47,837 bases of DNA from Octopus sinensis (lineage: Eukaryota). Positions within the stretch are counted from its first letter, which is position 1. Every line of letters starts with the position of its first letter. Made by a program: the position numbers and the translations under genes. Shown one piece after another: positions 38,213-47,837 of the stretch. The notes under the pieces were generated by a model that saw only the letters and a list, made by a program, of their open reading frames with translations, ran no database searches and was not told where the DNA came from. Where the stretch lies: the NCBI RefSeq assembly GCF_006345805.1, contig NW_021834462.1, positions 1-47,837 on the forward strand, written 5' to 3'.

Positions 38213-39446
38213 ATATGTATATATATATATAATATGCACACACACACACACCACACACATACACACTTGCAAACTTATGTATGTATATACACACTTACAT
38301 ATTTATTACATTACATCCCATAAAGAAGGTGACATTTGACCTTGAAATATTTATCAAATGTAAGGGATACATGATAGGACGAACATACTGACATACTACC
38401 AAAACCATTCCACACACATACATACACACAAACAAACACACACACATAAACACATACGTCGGACACACATCCAGAATATTTGGCCGTGTTGGGTTTACTT
38501 AATAAAAGTATTTGTTGTCAAACCTCAGCGTTAAGTCATTTGATGTTGTGTAAGTAGAGTGTTCCAGGTCCAATGTAAAACGATCTCAAAGACATTACAA
38601 TATATTTCATAACAAAATTAACTACTGCAACGATTTCTGAATAAAATGATTGAAGACATTATAAGCACCAGTTTCAACATCTGTGGCAGAACGGAGACAA
38701 AAAAAAAACGTCACTTGGGTAGTTAAAACCGCTGAAGGAGACTACTTTTCATATTTTTTCCTTTTCTTTTCATTTTTTTTTTTTTTTTTTTGCTTGAGAC
38801 ACGCCCTGCATACTGGTACAATGTAACAGATGTTCGAGCGAAACATTATCCCGTCGCGCGACCAAGGGCCGTCTTGGAGTCTCAAGTGGGATTACTTCTC
38901 TGTGTGGTTTAACACTAGTAAAGCGAATCCCATCGATTTTCGTAAGCCGAATACCTGTGTTTCCCATAAAGAATTCGCCCCATCTCCCAGCTTCACGGAC
39001 TTCTTAAAACTACACACCAGACCTACGTTCCATTGTGTAAATCGTATTCAAATAATGATGACATCCGTACAGAAAACTAACCCCACCCCCGCCCTACACA
39101 TAATTTCTGGCAGATATTTGTGATTGTTATTGCTGTTCATGTGCAGCCCTAAGTCAGAACTAACTGAGCATACTTTCGATCAAGGGTATTCCATTAAAGA
39201 CGTTATTGTCTTTTCTTGTATATTATTCAGAAGTAAGTGTATCTAGGAGTACATTACTTCATGTGACCTACTTAACAATGCCAAGATGTGAACAGAATAC
39301 AAGTTATTCGTAGAGAAATACCTTCATACAGAAATCTTTGATGCATATTAAATTGGGCTGTAGTTAGATAATGTAGTTATAGACACCCCCAAAAAAGACG
39401 AGATCATCATACATGCCTGCTGGACCAGGAACTAAACAACAATAAC

Positions 39447-39579
39447 TTTTCTACTCTAGGAACAAGGCCCGAAATTTTGGGGAAGGGGCCAGTCGATTAG
39501 ATCGACCACAGTACGTAACTGGTAATTTATTTATCGACCCCGAAAGGATGAAAGGCAAAGTCAACCTCGGCGGAATTTG
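39447..39579 (-). mobile_element. Family B SINE, 5'-truncated
   Basis: atcgaccccgaaaggatgaaaggcaaagtcaacctcggcggaatttg core. Confidence 0.8.
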
Positions 39580-41199
39580 CTAAACAACAATAACAACATA
39601 AACCTGTATGTATTACATTTGAACCAAGGACAAATCCAATGAGTGGTCACTGGAATTGTTCGAGACAATTGCCAAAGTCTTCTCAAATAGTATCTTACTA
39701 GAGAAAAATTTGCAAGGCAAAGATGAAGGATTGTTACGGCAGAAACGTTTTATATATTTCCTCGAACAGAGCAGAACGGAACCACTAAACATGTATCATA
39801 AACTAACATATTTGAATACCCACACCATATTTATAGACCCCGACCTTACTAACAACCCAACATTTATTTAATACATCCAGCGACCATGAAATTAGGTTGT
39901 GTTTGTTGACGCCATTTTGTTGCAGTGATTGATTGATTACCTCATTATCAACTTTGCTTTCTCAACAACTTCGAGACTGAGAATGTCATGTGTCGTGTGT
40001 GTGTGTGGTGTGTGTGCGTGTGTGTGTATCAATTCCTAATTTTTGGCGACACACAGACGAACTTAGCAGAGAGTGGAATGCCTTTGATGAGGCCACGAAA
40101 GGCGAAGAAAGGACTTTGACTAACCTAGCTGATTGATTCATTGACCGAACAATCAATTAATGAATTGGTTAAATGGTTAATCAACTCACTAAAAGGAATA
40201 AAAGAAGTGAAATAGAGCCAGGGCGTGTGTTTATTGCTAGCAATAACGACTCTCCTGAGATATAACTTTAAAAAAAATATTTGAAAAATTAATTTTTAAA
40301 TAAAAAATAAACATATTTTTTTTTACTCCCAAAATTCTTAGTATATATATATTTTTTCAAGTTATTTGAGATATAAAATGGATATACTAGAGTATATATA
40401 TATAGATGGAAATTACTTCAATTCAACGAAAAGTGAAATAGAATAGAATGACATTTCTATACATAAATAACATGAATGCACAGTTTCTTTGAAACACCTG
40501 CGAATGTAATAAGATTTACTAAAACTACGTTTAAATACGGATACACACACATATATACTCATAGTGAAAATCTTTCACACATACATAGGTACAATAATAA
40601 CACAAATAGACACGTATCTAGAAAAATTAATTCACACACAGACACAGATACACACAGGCACACACACAGACACAGATACACATATATAGAAACATGATTC
40701 CTTTCACAAATTCGTAGTGAATGTTATTGCTACATTATTATTATTGTTGTTGTTGCTGTTGCTGTTGTTGATGTTGTTGTTGTTGTATAGCTCCAGGTCA
40801 AAGCTGATTCAGCAAGCTTTTGAAAAGCAGCATTCCACTCAGATTCTTTCTGTTTTTTTATAATTCTGACTTAAGTGTATCTAAGACTACATTACTTTAT
40901 ATGTCCTGCTTAAAGACGGTAGCATGTGTAACCTGTGCAATAGATGTGAAGAAAAAGCTTCACACACATGCACGCTCACACAGAAACAGAAGCCACCATT
41001 TCTCTGGTGAAGATAATAATTAATAAGTTAGCAATGGATCCTGTCGGTTGATCGATGATCAACAGAATTACATATTCATTCAATTAACATATAAGCGATT
41101 GAAGATCTCTAAGATACGTTTATCATTTAGCGTAATTCTAAAACGAAATTAGCGTGACACAATATGGTGACGAACCTAGACCTCTGCATTACATTTCAT

Positions 41200-41360
41200 G
41201 AGCTTCCACACAGATTCCAACCACCCAATTTCACTCACAGGGTATGAGTCGACAATTAGATACGGCAACAGATACTTGTCTAACCTGCCAGACACCGGGT
41301 TCGAACCCGAGTATCTTTGAATAGGAATCAGCTCTTTAACTACTCAACTATGCTGCGTCC
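41200..41360 (-). mobile_element. Degenerate tRNA-derived SINE
   Basis: Minus strand ggacgcagcatagttgagtagttaaagagctgattcctattcaaagatactcGGGTTCGAACCC shows A- and B-box-like elements. Confidence 0.6.
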
Positions 41361-41388
41361 ACTAAGAGAACAAAATTATTAACCACGT

Positions 41389-41451
<63 letters not shown>

Positions 41452-41454
<3 letters not shown>

Positions 41455-41668
41455 AATATTCAGACAAATACATAGCAAAAACACCAGGACTTACAAACAC
41501 ATATAACATACAGAAAATTGCACTACTGAGCACTGCACACATCCTACGCAGAACACTCTCCATACAGTAACCATCAGAGCATCACAACAAATCACAGCAC
41601 ATACCCAAGGCACACAGAGAAGCGCTCGGTAGTAAAGTGAAAGCACGCTATAAAAATAAAACTACTGA
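41452..41668 (+). mobile_element. Very short 3' end of an R4/Dong LINE inside (AAT)n
   Basis: Encodes ...KTPGLTNTYNIQKIALLSTAHILRRTLSIQ* plus the UTR shared with 20872-21060; (AAT)n on both sides. Confidence 0.88.
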
Positions 41669-41689
41669 ATAATAATAATGATAATAATT

Positions 41690-41720
<31 letters not shown>

Positions 41721-41739
41721 TAATAATAATAATAATAAT

Positions 41740-41930
41740 CCTTTCTAATATAGGTACCAGGCCTGAAATTTTAGGGGAGAAGTTAAGTCGATAACATAGA
41801 CCGCAGTGCTTGGCTGGTAATTAATATATCGATCTCGGAAGGATGGAAGTGAAAATTGACTTTTGGAGCATTTGAACTCAAAACGTAAAGAGCCGCTAAG
41901 CATCTTGTGCGGAGCGCTAACGACTCTGGC
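41740..41930 (-). mobile_element. Degenerate family B SINE
   Basis: ggcctgaaatttt...tcggaaggatggaagtgaaaattgac...tttgaactca. Confidence 0.65.
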
Positions 41931-42024
41931 ATAATAATAGTTTTTCATTCATTATATTATGGTTTATAATGAGTAAAATATTCCGGTTTTATAAATGTTC
42001 CAAGTCATGATTATTGTTGCAGAT

Positions 42025-42185
42025 TGAGCGCAGGTTCATCAGCCTTGATCAAATAGACATATGACCAAGGTCATTCCAACTGTGACCGTCAACTAATATG
42101 GTCTATTTCGAAGACGGTAGGAATAGATTTGATGGGAATTGTCAGCTATTTCGAGCAAGCAGCCGAGTGACCACGTAGAGGTTTT
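42025..42185 (+). mobile_element. Old interspersed repeat, family D; related pieces at 39140-39280 and 40785-40925
   Basis: Shared cattcca, gtgtatctaggagtacatta/gtgtatctaagactacatta and aagacggtag segments between the three loci. Confidence 0.5.
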
Positions 42186-42261
42186 GTGCTTCGGCACGAA
42201 AAGAATACATCTGGATTGGAGATACACCCATGGCACATAGACTACCATATAATTATTAACC

Positions 42262-42481
42262 TATTTCTTTATTACCCACAAGGGGCAAAACACAGAGAGG
42301 ACAAACAAGGACAGACAAACGGATTAAGTCGATTATATCGACCCCAGTGCGTAACTGGTACTTATTTAATCGACCCCGAAAGGATGAAAGGCAAAGTCGA
42401 CTTCGGCGGAATTTGAACTCAGAACGTAGCGGCAGACGAAATACCGCTAAGAATTTCGCCCGGCGTGCTAACGTTTCTGCC
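42262..42481 (-). mobile_element. Family B SINE, near-complete
   Basis: Near-identical to 6324-6555. Confidence 0.88.
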
Positions 42482-42717
42482 CTCCCACGCAAAACTTCTC
42501 TCAGTATTTTAATTATATCACATCCTCTCTCGCTCTTCTCCCCTCCATGCGCGCGCACGTGCACACACATACATATACACACTAATTAGCGAATTAATTT
42601 GTCGTTCATTACTCGCTTCAGCTCATTCGCGGTTTGCTCTCTCGTGCACTTGACTGCCTTGTCTTCACCTGTATTAATCGTTTCCCGCTATTTATTGAGA
42701 CTGTATTACATCTGCAA

Positions 42718-42769
<52 letters not shown>

Positions 42770-42806
42770 TTACTATTACCTCTATTATTTTTATTATTAT
42801 TATTAA

Positions 42807-42998
42807 GGTGCTGAGCTGGCAAAATATTTAGCGGTATTTCATCCGTTTTCGCGTTCTGTGTTCAAATTCCACTGAAGTCGACTTCGCCTTTCTTCCTTTC
42901 GGAGTCGATGAAATAAGTACCAGTTGCGCACTGGGGTTGATGTTACCGACTAGCTCCCTCCCCACAAAATTTCAGGCCTTGTGCCTATAGTAGAAAGG
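42807..42998 (+). mobile_element. Family B SINE
   Basis: ggtgctgagctggc head, gcctttcttcctttcggagtcgat core, ttcaggccttgtgcctatagtagaaagg tail. Confidence 0.8.
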
Positions 42999-43014
42999 AT
43001 TATCATCATCATCA

Positions 43015-43046
<32 letters not shown>

Positions 43047-43047
<1 letters not shown>

Positions 43048-43200
43048 GGCGCAAGTCTGGATGTAAGATGTTTGCTTCACAACAACATGGTTCTGGGTAC
43101 AGTCCCACTGTGTGACACTTTGAGCAAGTGTCTTCTGCTATAGCCTTAGGCCTTGTCACTGAATCTCGTAGATGGAAACTGATATAAGCCCATCGTGTAT
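43047..43200 (+). mobile_element. Degenerate family C (CORE-type) SINE head; tail remnant at about 43530-43736
   Basis: cagtcccactgtgtgacactttgagcaagtgtcttctgctatagcc. Confidence 0.65.
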
Positions 43201-43340
43201 ATATATACATTTTTCCTTATTTTATTCGAACACATAAGACAGCTATTATGCTTCTTCCCCACAAAATCCACCACGTGTATTCTGTTGAGACCAGTAAGAA
43301 ACAATTATGAACTTTTTTATTACACTTAACTTTTTAAAAT

Positions 43341-43388
43341 ATTTTTGATAAGGTTCGTTTTTTCAAGAAGAACCGAAACATGTAAAAT
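43341..43388 (+). ncRNA. Degenerate type-I hammerhead motif
   Basis: attt TTGATAA ggttc...gaacc GAAAC AT GTA aaat. Stems I and II pair perfectly; two core substitutions relative to CTGATGA. Confidence 0.55.
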
Positions 43389-43898
43389 TTCTAAGAAAAT
43401 TAAAATTTATCTTATATAGTGGCGTTTTCAAACTTCTTATATATATATATATATGAGGAGGAGACCCTTTCGGTCATGAATGACCATGGGATATACCACA
43501 CATATATATATGTGTGTGTATGTGTGTACGCGCGCGCGTGCATGTCTTTGTGTCTATGTTTGTCCACCATCAACGCTTGACCGCTGGTGTTGGTATGCCC
43601 ACGTTCCCTTAACAGACTGATAGAATAAGAACCAGACTTTAAAAATAAATACCGGAATCGATTCGTTCATCTAAAAGCCTTCAAGGTGGTGCCCCAGCAT
43701 GGCCTCTGTCCTATGACTGCAACAAGTAAAAGATAAGCTATACGATTGTTATAATTTATGCTGTCCGTTGGCAGAATCTTTCGAGTGTTAGGCAAAATAG
43801 CTTCGGTATTTCATTCGGCTCTTTATGTTCAAGTTCATACCCCTCCGAGGTCAACTTTGTCTTTTTATTCTCGCAGGGTCGATAAAATATAATACTTA

Positions 43899-44060
43899 GG
43901 CGTTGGAGTGGCTGTGTGGTAAGTAGCTTGCTTACGAACCACATGGTTCCGGGTTCAGTCCCACTGCGTGGCACCTTGGGCAAGTGTCTTCTACTATAGC
44001 CTCGGGCCGACCAAAGCCTTGTGAGTGGATTTGGTAGACGGAAACTGACAGAAGCCCGTC

Positions 44061-44108
<48 letters not shown>

Positions 44109-44110
44109 TA

Positions 44111-44142
<32 letters not shown>

Positions 44143-44364
44143 ATGTTTGTGTGTCTGTGTTTGTCCCCCCAACATCGTTTGACAACCGATGGTGGTGTGT
44201 TTACATCCCCGTAACTTAGCGGTTTGGCAAAAGAGTCGGATAGAATAAGTACTAGGCTTACAAAGGATAAATCCTGGGGTCGATTTGCTCGACTAAAAGG
44301 CGGTACTCCAGCATGGCCACAGTCAAAGGACTGAAACAAGTAAAAGAGTAAAGAGTAAAAGAGT
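43899..44364 (+). mobile_element. Full-length family C (CORE-type) tRNA SINE with an internal (TA)n/(TG)n tract
   Basis: A box TGGCTGTGTGG, GGGTTCAGTCCC, CORE-like GCACCTTGGGCAAGTGTCTT, and gtaaaagag tail repeats. Confidence 0.88.
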
Positions 44365-45108
44365 ATCTCGTTCAGGGGTCAATAATATCAATTAACCCCT
44401 ATTACTGTTTCTCATTCATAGAGTTGGTCCTTTTCATTCTGTCCCTTCCTCATTTCTCTGTTCAACGTTCAACACCAACCTGGAATGGCCAATATATGTG
44501 CACGTGTGTCTACATGTGTGTGTGTGTGTGTGTGTGTGCATAAAATACCGCTCCGTTTCTGTACATGTCTACACACATCTAATCCTAACATGACAGAATA
44601 AACTCCTAATTCTTCTCTCTCTTTCTCTCTCTCTCCTTGCGCGCGCGAACGCTCTCGTTATCCAACTAGTTCAGTTAAGACCAGTGTATATAGGAAAAAA
44701 AAAAGGTCGACATGATTTACGGTGAAACCTGTAACCTGTTCATTGGTCGCCATGACACATGACAAGTTCTTAACGCCAGTGCAGGAAGAAATAGCGTGAA
44801 CATGTGAATGAGATGTTAATCTACACCCGAAACTCTTTATATTTGCAGTTTCTCTGAAGCTTGGTCAACACAGCCATTATCTACAACGCCACCGCCATGA
44901 GAAACTCTCTTTAAACCAGTGACGCCAAATATTTTTTGCGCTATGTAGACAAATATATATTTCTGTAATATACAGTGTCTCGTATACACAATTTCACACA
45001 TACACTCTCTCTCTCTCACATATATATGAATTAATTATTGAGAGTAATTCAATTTAATACTTTTAATTTGAATGTCTCATTCCTGTGGCACCGGAATTGA
45101 TATTCCCA

Positions 45109-45146
<38 letters not shown>

Positions 45147-45185
45147 TAATAATAACAATAATGATGATAATAATAATAATAATAA

Positions 45186-45740
45186 TGCCCTGATGCAGTA
45201 CCAGGCAGTGGCTCTCATGGCTTCTGATCTTAACTGATTGGAAGTGTTATCATGTACATTGTTTTGTATTGGTATAAAAGATGGGCTACAGCAAATATTC
45301 TGCTCAATACCACAGATTTGCTTGTCAGTTGTTTGACTTTAACCAGTTGAGCATGTCCCTTAGTGGCTGACGATATGTGCATCTCTGATCACGAGCAGAA
45401 GTAGTGGGGGAGCATCAAAGCCATGTGTTGAAAAGAATTCTTTGGGGTTTGAATAATTCACCTCTGGAAACATGGGTGTTTCGTTCAACATCCTTAAACA
45501 ACCCTTATTCAGGGACCTTTCGAGTGGGATGGGTTACTCGACCTGAAGAAAATTCTAACTGGGCCCCACCTGCAAGGTCATGTGCTGTTTATTTTGATAT
45601 GAGATCACCATGTCGCGCACATACGGTTGTGATGCATGTGCCTAGTGTACCCTTATCAGACGGGTAGTCATGATGGGTATATTGGGCTTCGTATATTTTA
45701 CCCCAGTGTCACTTTGATGGCATGAACTGCTCTCTCACTC
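45186..45740 (+). mobile_element. ~550-bp non-coding element, copy 3, flanked by (AAT)n
   Basis: Homologous to 5578-6116 and 18712-19263. Confidence 0.9.
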
Positions 45741-45805
45741 AATAATAATAATAATAATGATAATAATAATAATATATCTCTTCTTTGGATCTTCCCTTTT
45801 CCTAT

Positions 45806-45840
45806 GTTTCTGACGAAGAGCTCCGCTCGAAATGTTAAAC
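45806..45840 (+). ncRNA. Minimal type-I hammerhead motif within a short element (about 45780-45940)
   Basis: gttt CTGACGA a gagc tcc gctc GAAA tgtt aaac. The 24.8-kb paralog has GAAACGTT, implying a C-to-T change here. Confidence 0.7.
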
Positions 45841-45945
45841 CCTCTTTCTTTCCTTCTTTCCTGAACGTCCAATAACACTATACTTGTTCCATGTCCTTGT
45901 GTTGTGTTTTCTCTTTGTGTTTTCATGTTTGGATTAACTATATAT

Positions 45946-46071
45946 ATATGCTTTATTTAAAGCAGCAGAAAATTCACAAAACCTGTTACTCTGAGTTTCC
46001 CGTTGTCGTTCAACGGGAAACTCAGAGTAACAGGTTTTGTTGAATTTCCTGCTGCTTTAAATAAAGCATAT
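45946..46071. repeat. Near-perfect ~60-bp inverted repeat with a 5-nt loop
   Basis: 45946-46005 pairs with 46011-46071 with one mismatch and one bulge. Confidence 0.93.
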
Positions 46072-46319
46072 TACTCTACCATTGGTATTTGAGTACTCTT
46101 TTTTCCACCTTGTTTCACATTTATGTGTTTACTCCGGTATATATATATATATATATATAATATATATATATATATCGGCGTGGCTGTGTGGTAAGAAGCT
46201 TGCTTCCCGACCCCATGGATCGATAAAATAAGTAACAGTAATATCAGTGAGATTAACGGGCGGGGTGGGGGGAAGGGTCAACCGATTCTTGCAAATTTGT
46301 AGTGGTGAAGCATTATGAG

Positions 46320-46732
46320 AAATGATCACGACGACAACGATGATGATGATGATGATGATGATGATGATAGCTATGACAATGGTGATAATGATGAAGTTAA
46401 TCATCATCATCATCATTAAATATATTATCCCCATCGTCTGCATTATTACTGCCACCATTGAATACCAATCATCATCATCATCATCATTATCGCCGGCGGC
46501 GGTGTTCAAAGCCATCATCGTTTACTATTACTATTACTATTGTTGTACCCTCATCATCATCATCATCATCATCATCAACATCATTATCATCCTCATAGCC
46601 GTAGTTAACTTCATCATAATCTTCAGCGTCATCGTCGTAGTTATCATCAAATCATTATCATCTCTTCTAATCGCCACCATTATACTTTATGCATAAAATC
46701 ATCATTATTAGCGTTTCTGCTATCATCATTTT

Positions 46733-46767
<35 letters not shown>

Positions 46768-47720
46768 TGTCGTCGTCGTCGTCGTCATCATCATCATAAT
46801 CATCATCATCGTCATCATCATCGTCATCATCACAATCATCACCACAATTATCAGCATCATCATAATCAACGTCATCATCACCATCATCAACATCACCCCC
46901 ACCACCACCACCACCATCATCAACATCATCACCACCATCATCACCACCATTATCAGCATCATCATAATGTTTCTTTATAAACGTCATCACCATCATCATC
47001 ATCGCCACCATCACCACCGTCATCAGCATCATAATCAACGTCGTCATCATCATCATCATCATCATCTTCATCATAATCATCATTATCATCACTATCATCA
47101 TCATCATCATCATCATCTTCATCATAATCATCATTATCATCACTATCATCATCATCATCATCATCATCATCATCGTCGTCGTCGTCGTCGTCGTCGTCGT
47201 GGTCACTGTCAATGGCCGCGACGTCGCACTTTAATATTATCACTCTCCTCATCATGATTATCGCTATTATCATCTCCGCCGCCACCACAGCTATTAAATC
47301 TCCTCCCACCTCTTCCCCCTCTATTAGTCACAACAACAGCAGCAATAATTCCAGTCGGAGCAGATAGGAATTTCTGTGATAAAATTACATTTAAGCGAAG
47401 GTGAATAAAATATAATGATTGTGTGACTGTCGCTGAGAAGAGGGCGGGGGGGGCATGGCGATGATGGTGTTGGCAGCGGCGGCGGCGGCGGTGGTGGTGG
47501 TAGTGGTGGTGGTGGTAGTGGTGGTGGTGGTTGTGGATGGTGGTTGTGGATGGTGTTTGCGACAGTGTGGTTTATAGTGCTTGGAGATAACTAGTGTTGG
47601 AGTCGGTAAGAGGAGGTAGTGGTGGTGCTTGTAGTAGTAGTAGTAGTAAGTAGTAGAAGTAGTAGTAGTAGTAGTAAGTAGTAGTAGTAGTAGTAGAAGT
47701 AGTAGTACTAGTAGTCTAAC
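46320..47720. repeat. Trinucleotide mosaic (GAT/CAT/CGT/CAC/TGG/TAG)n
   Basis: Visible directly. Confidence 0.95.
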
Positions 47721-47837
47721 GACGGTGTTGGTCACGAAGTGTAAGTAAATACAAATGATACTCACGTATATGAGTGTGTTTGAACGAGTGTGTGTGTGTG
47801 TGTGTATAAATAAATATATATATTGTGTGTGTGTGTA

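Noticed and set aside
41290-41360. Functional tRNA gene
   Set aside because: The acceptor stem does not close and it continues into a SINE body; likewise for the other tRNA-like heads.

Overview
Eukaryotic, AT-rich, microsatellite-saturated DNA with no prokaryotic features. The repeat families and SINE heads look like those of an octopod cephalopod (inference from recognition, not a search). Almost all of the supplied ORFs are artefacts of di-, tri- and tetranucleotide repeats. The only well-supported host coding sequence is the terminal exon of a minus-strand MFS transporter, probably monocarboxylate transporter (SLC16)-like (32639-32949), with a decayed duplicate of its 3' end just upstream. 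The rest is retroelement debris: Penelope-like elements (a GIY-YIG remnant and an RT remnant), R4/Dong-clade LINE fragments sitting in (TAA)n tracts, CR1, L1/Tx1 and HERO/NeSL-like fragments, several tRNA-derived SINE families, a mariner relic, a Helentron-like element, and a three-copy ~550-bp non-coding element in (AAT)n. The most interesting signal is a set of minimal type-I hammerhead ribozyme motifs from at least four sequence-unrelated short non-coding families (near 24.8, 28.3/28.8, 30.1, 43.3 and 45.8 kb, plus a half motif at 46.0 kb). Most lie in or next to long inverted repeats and (TA)n tracts. This pattern suggests a non-autonomous Penelope-dependent, retrozyme-like system. All folds and alignments were done by eye; catalytic activity is untested.
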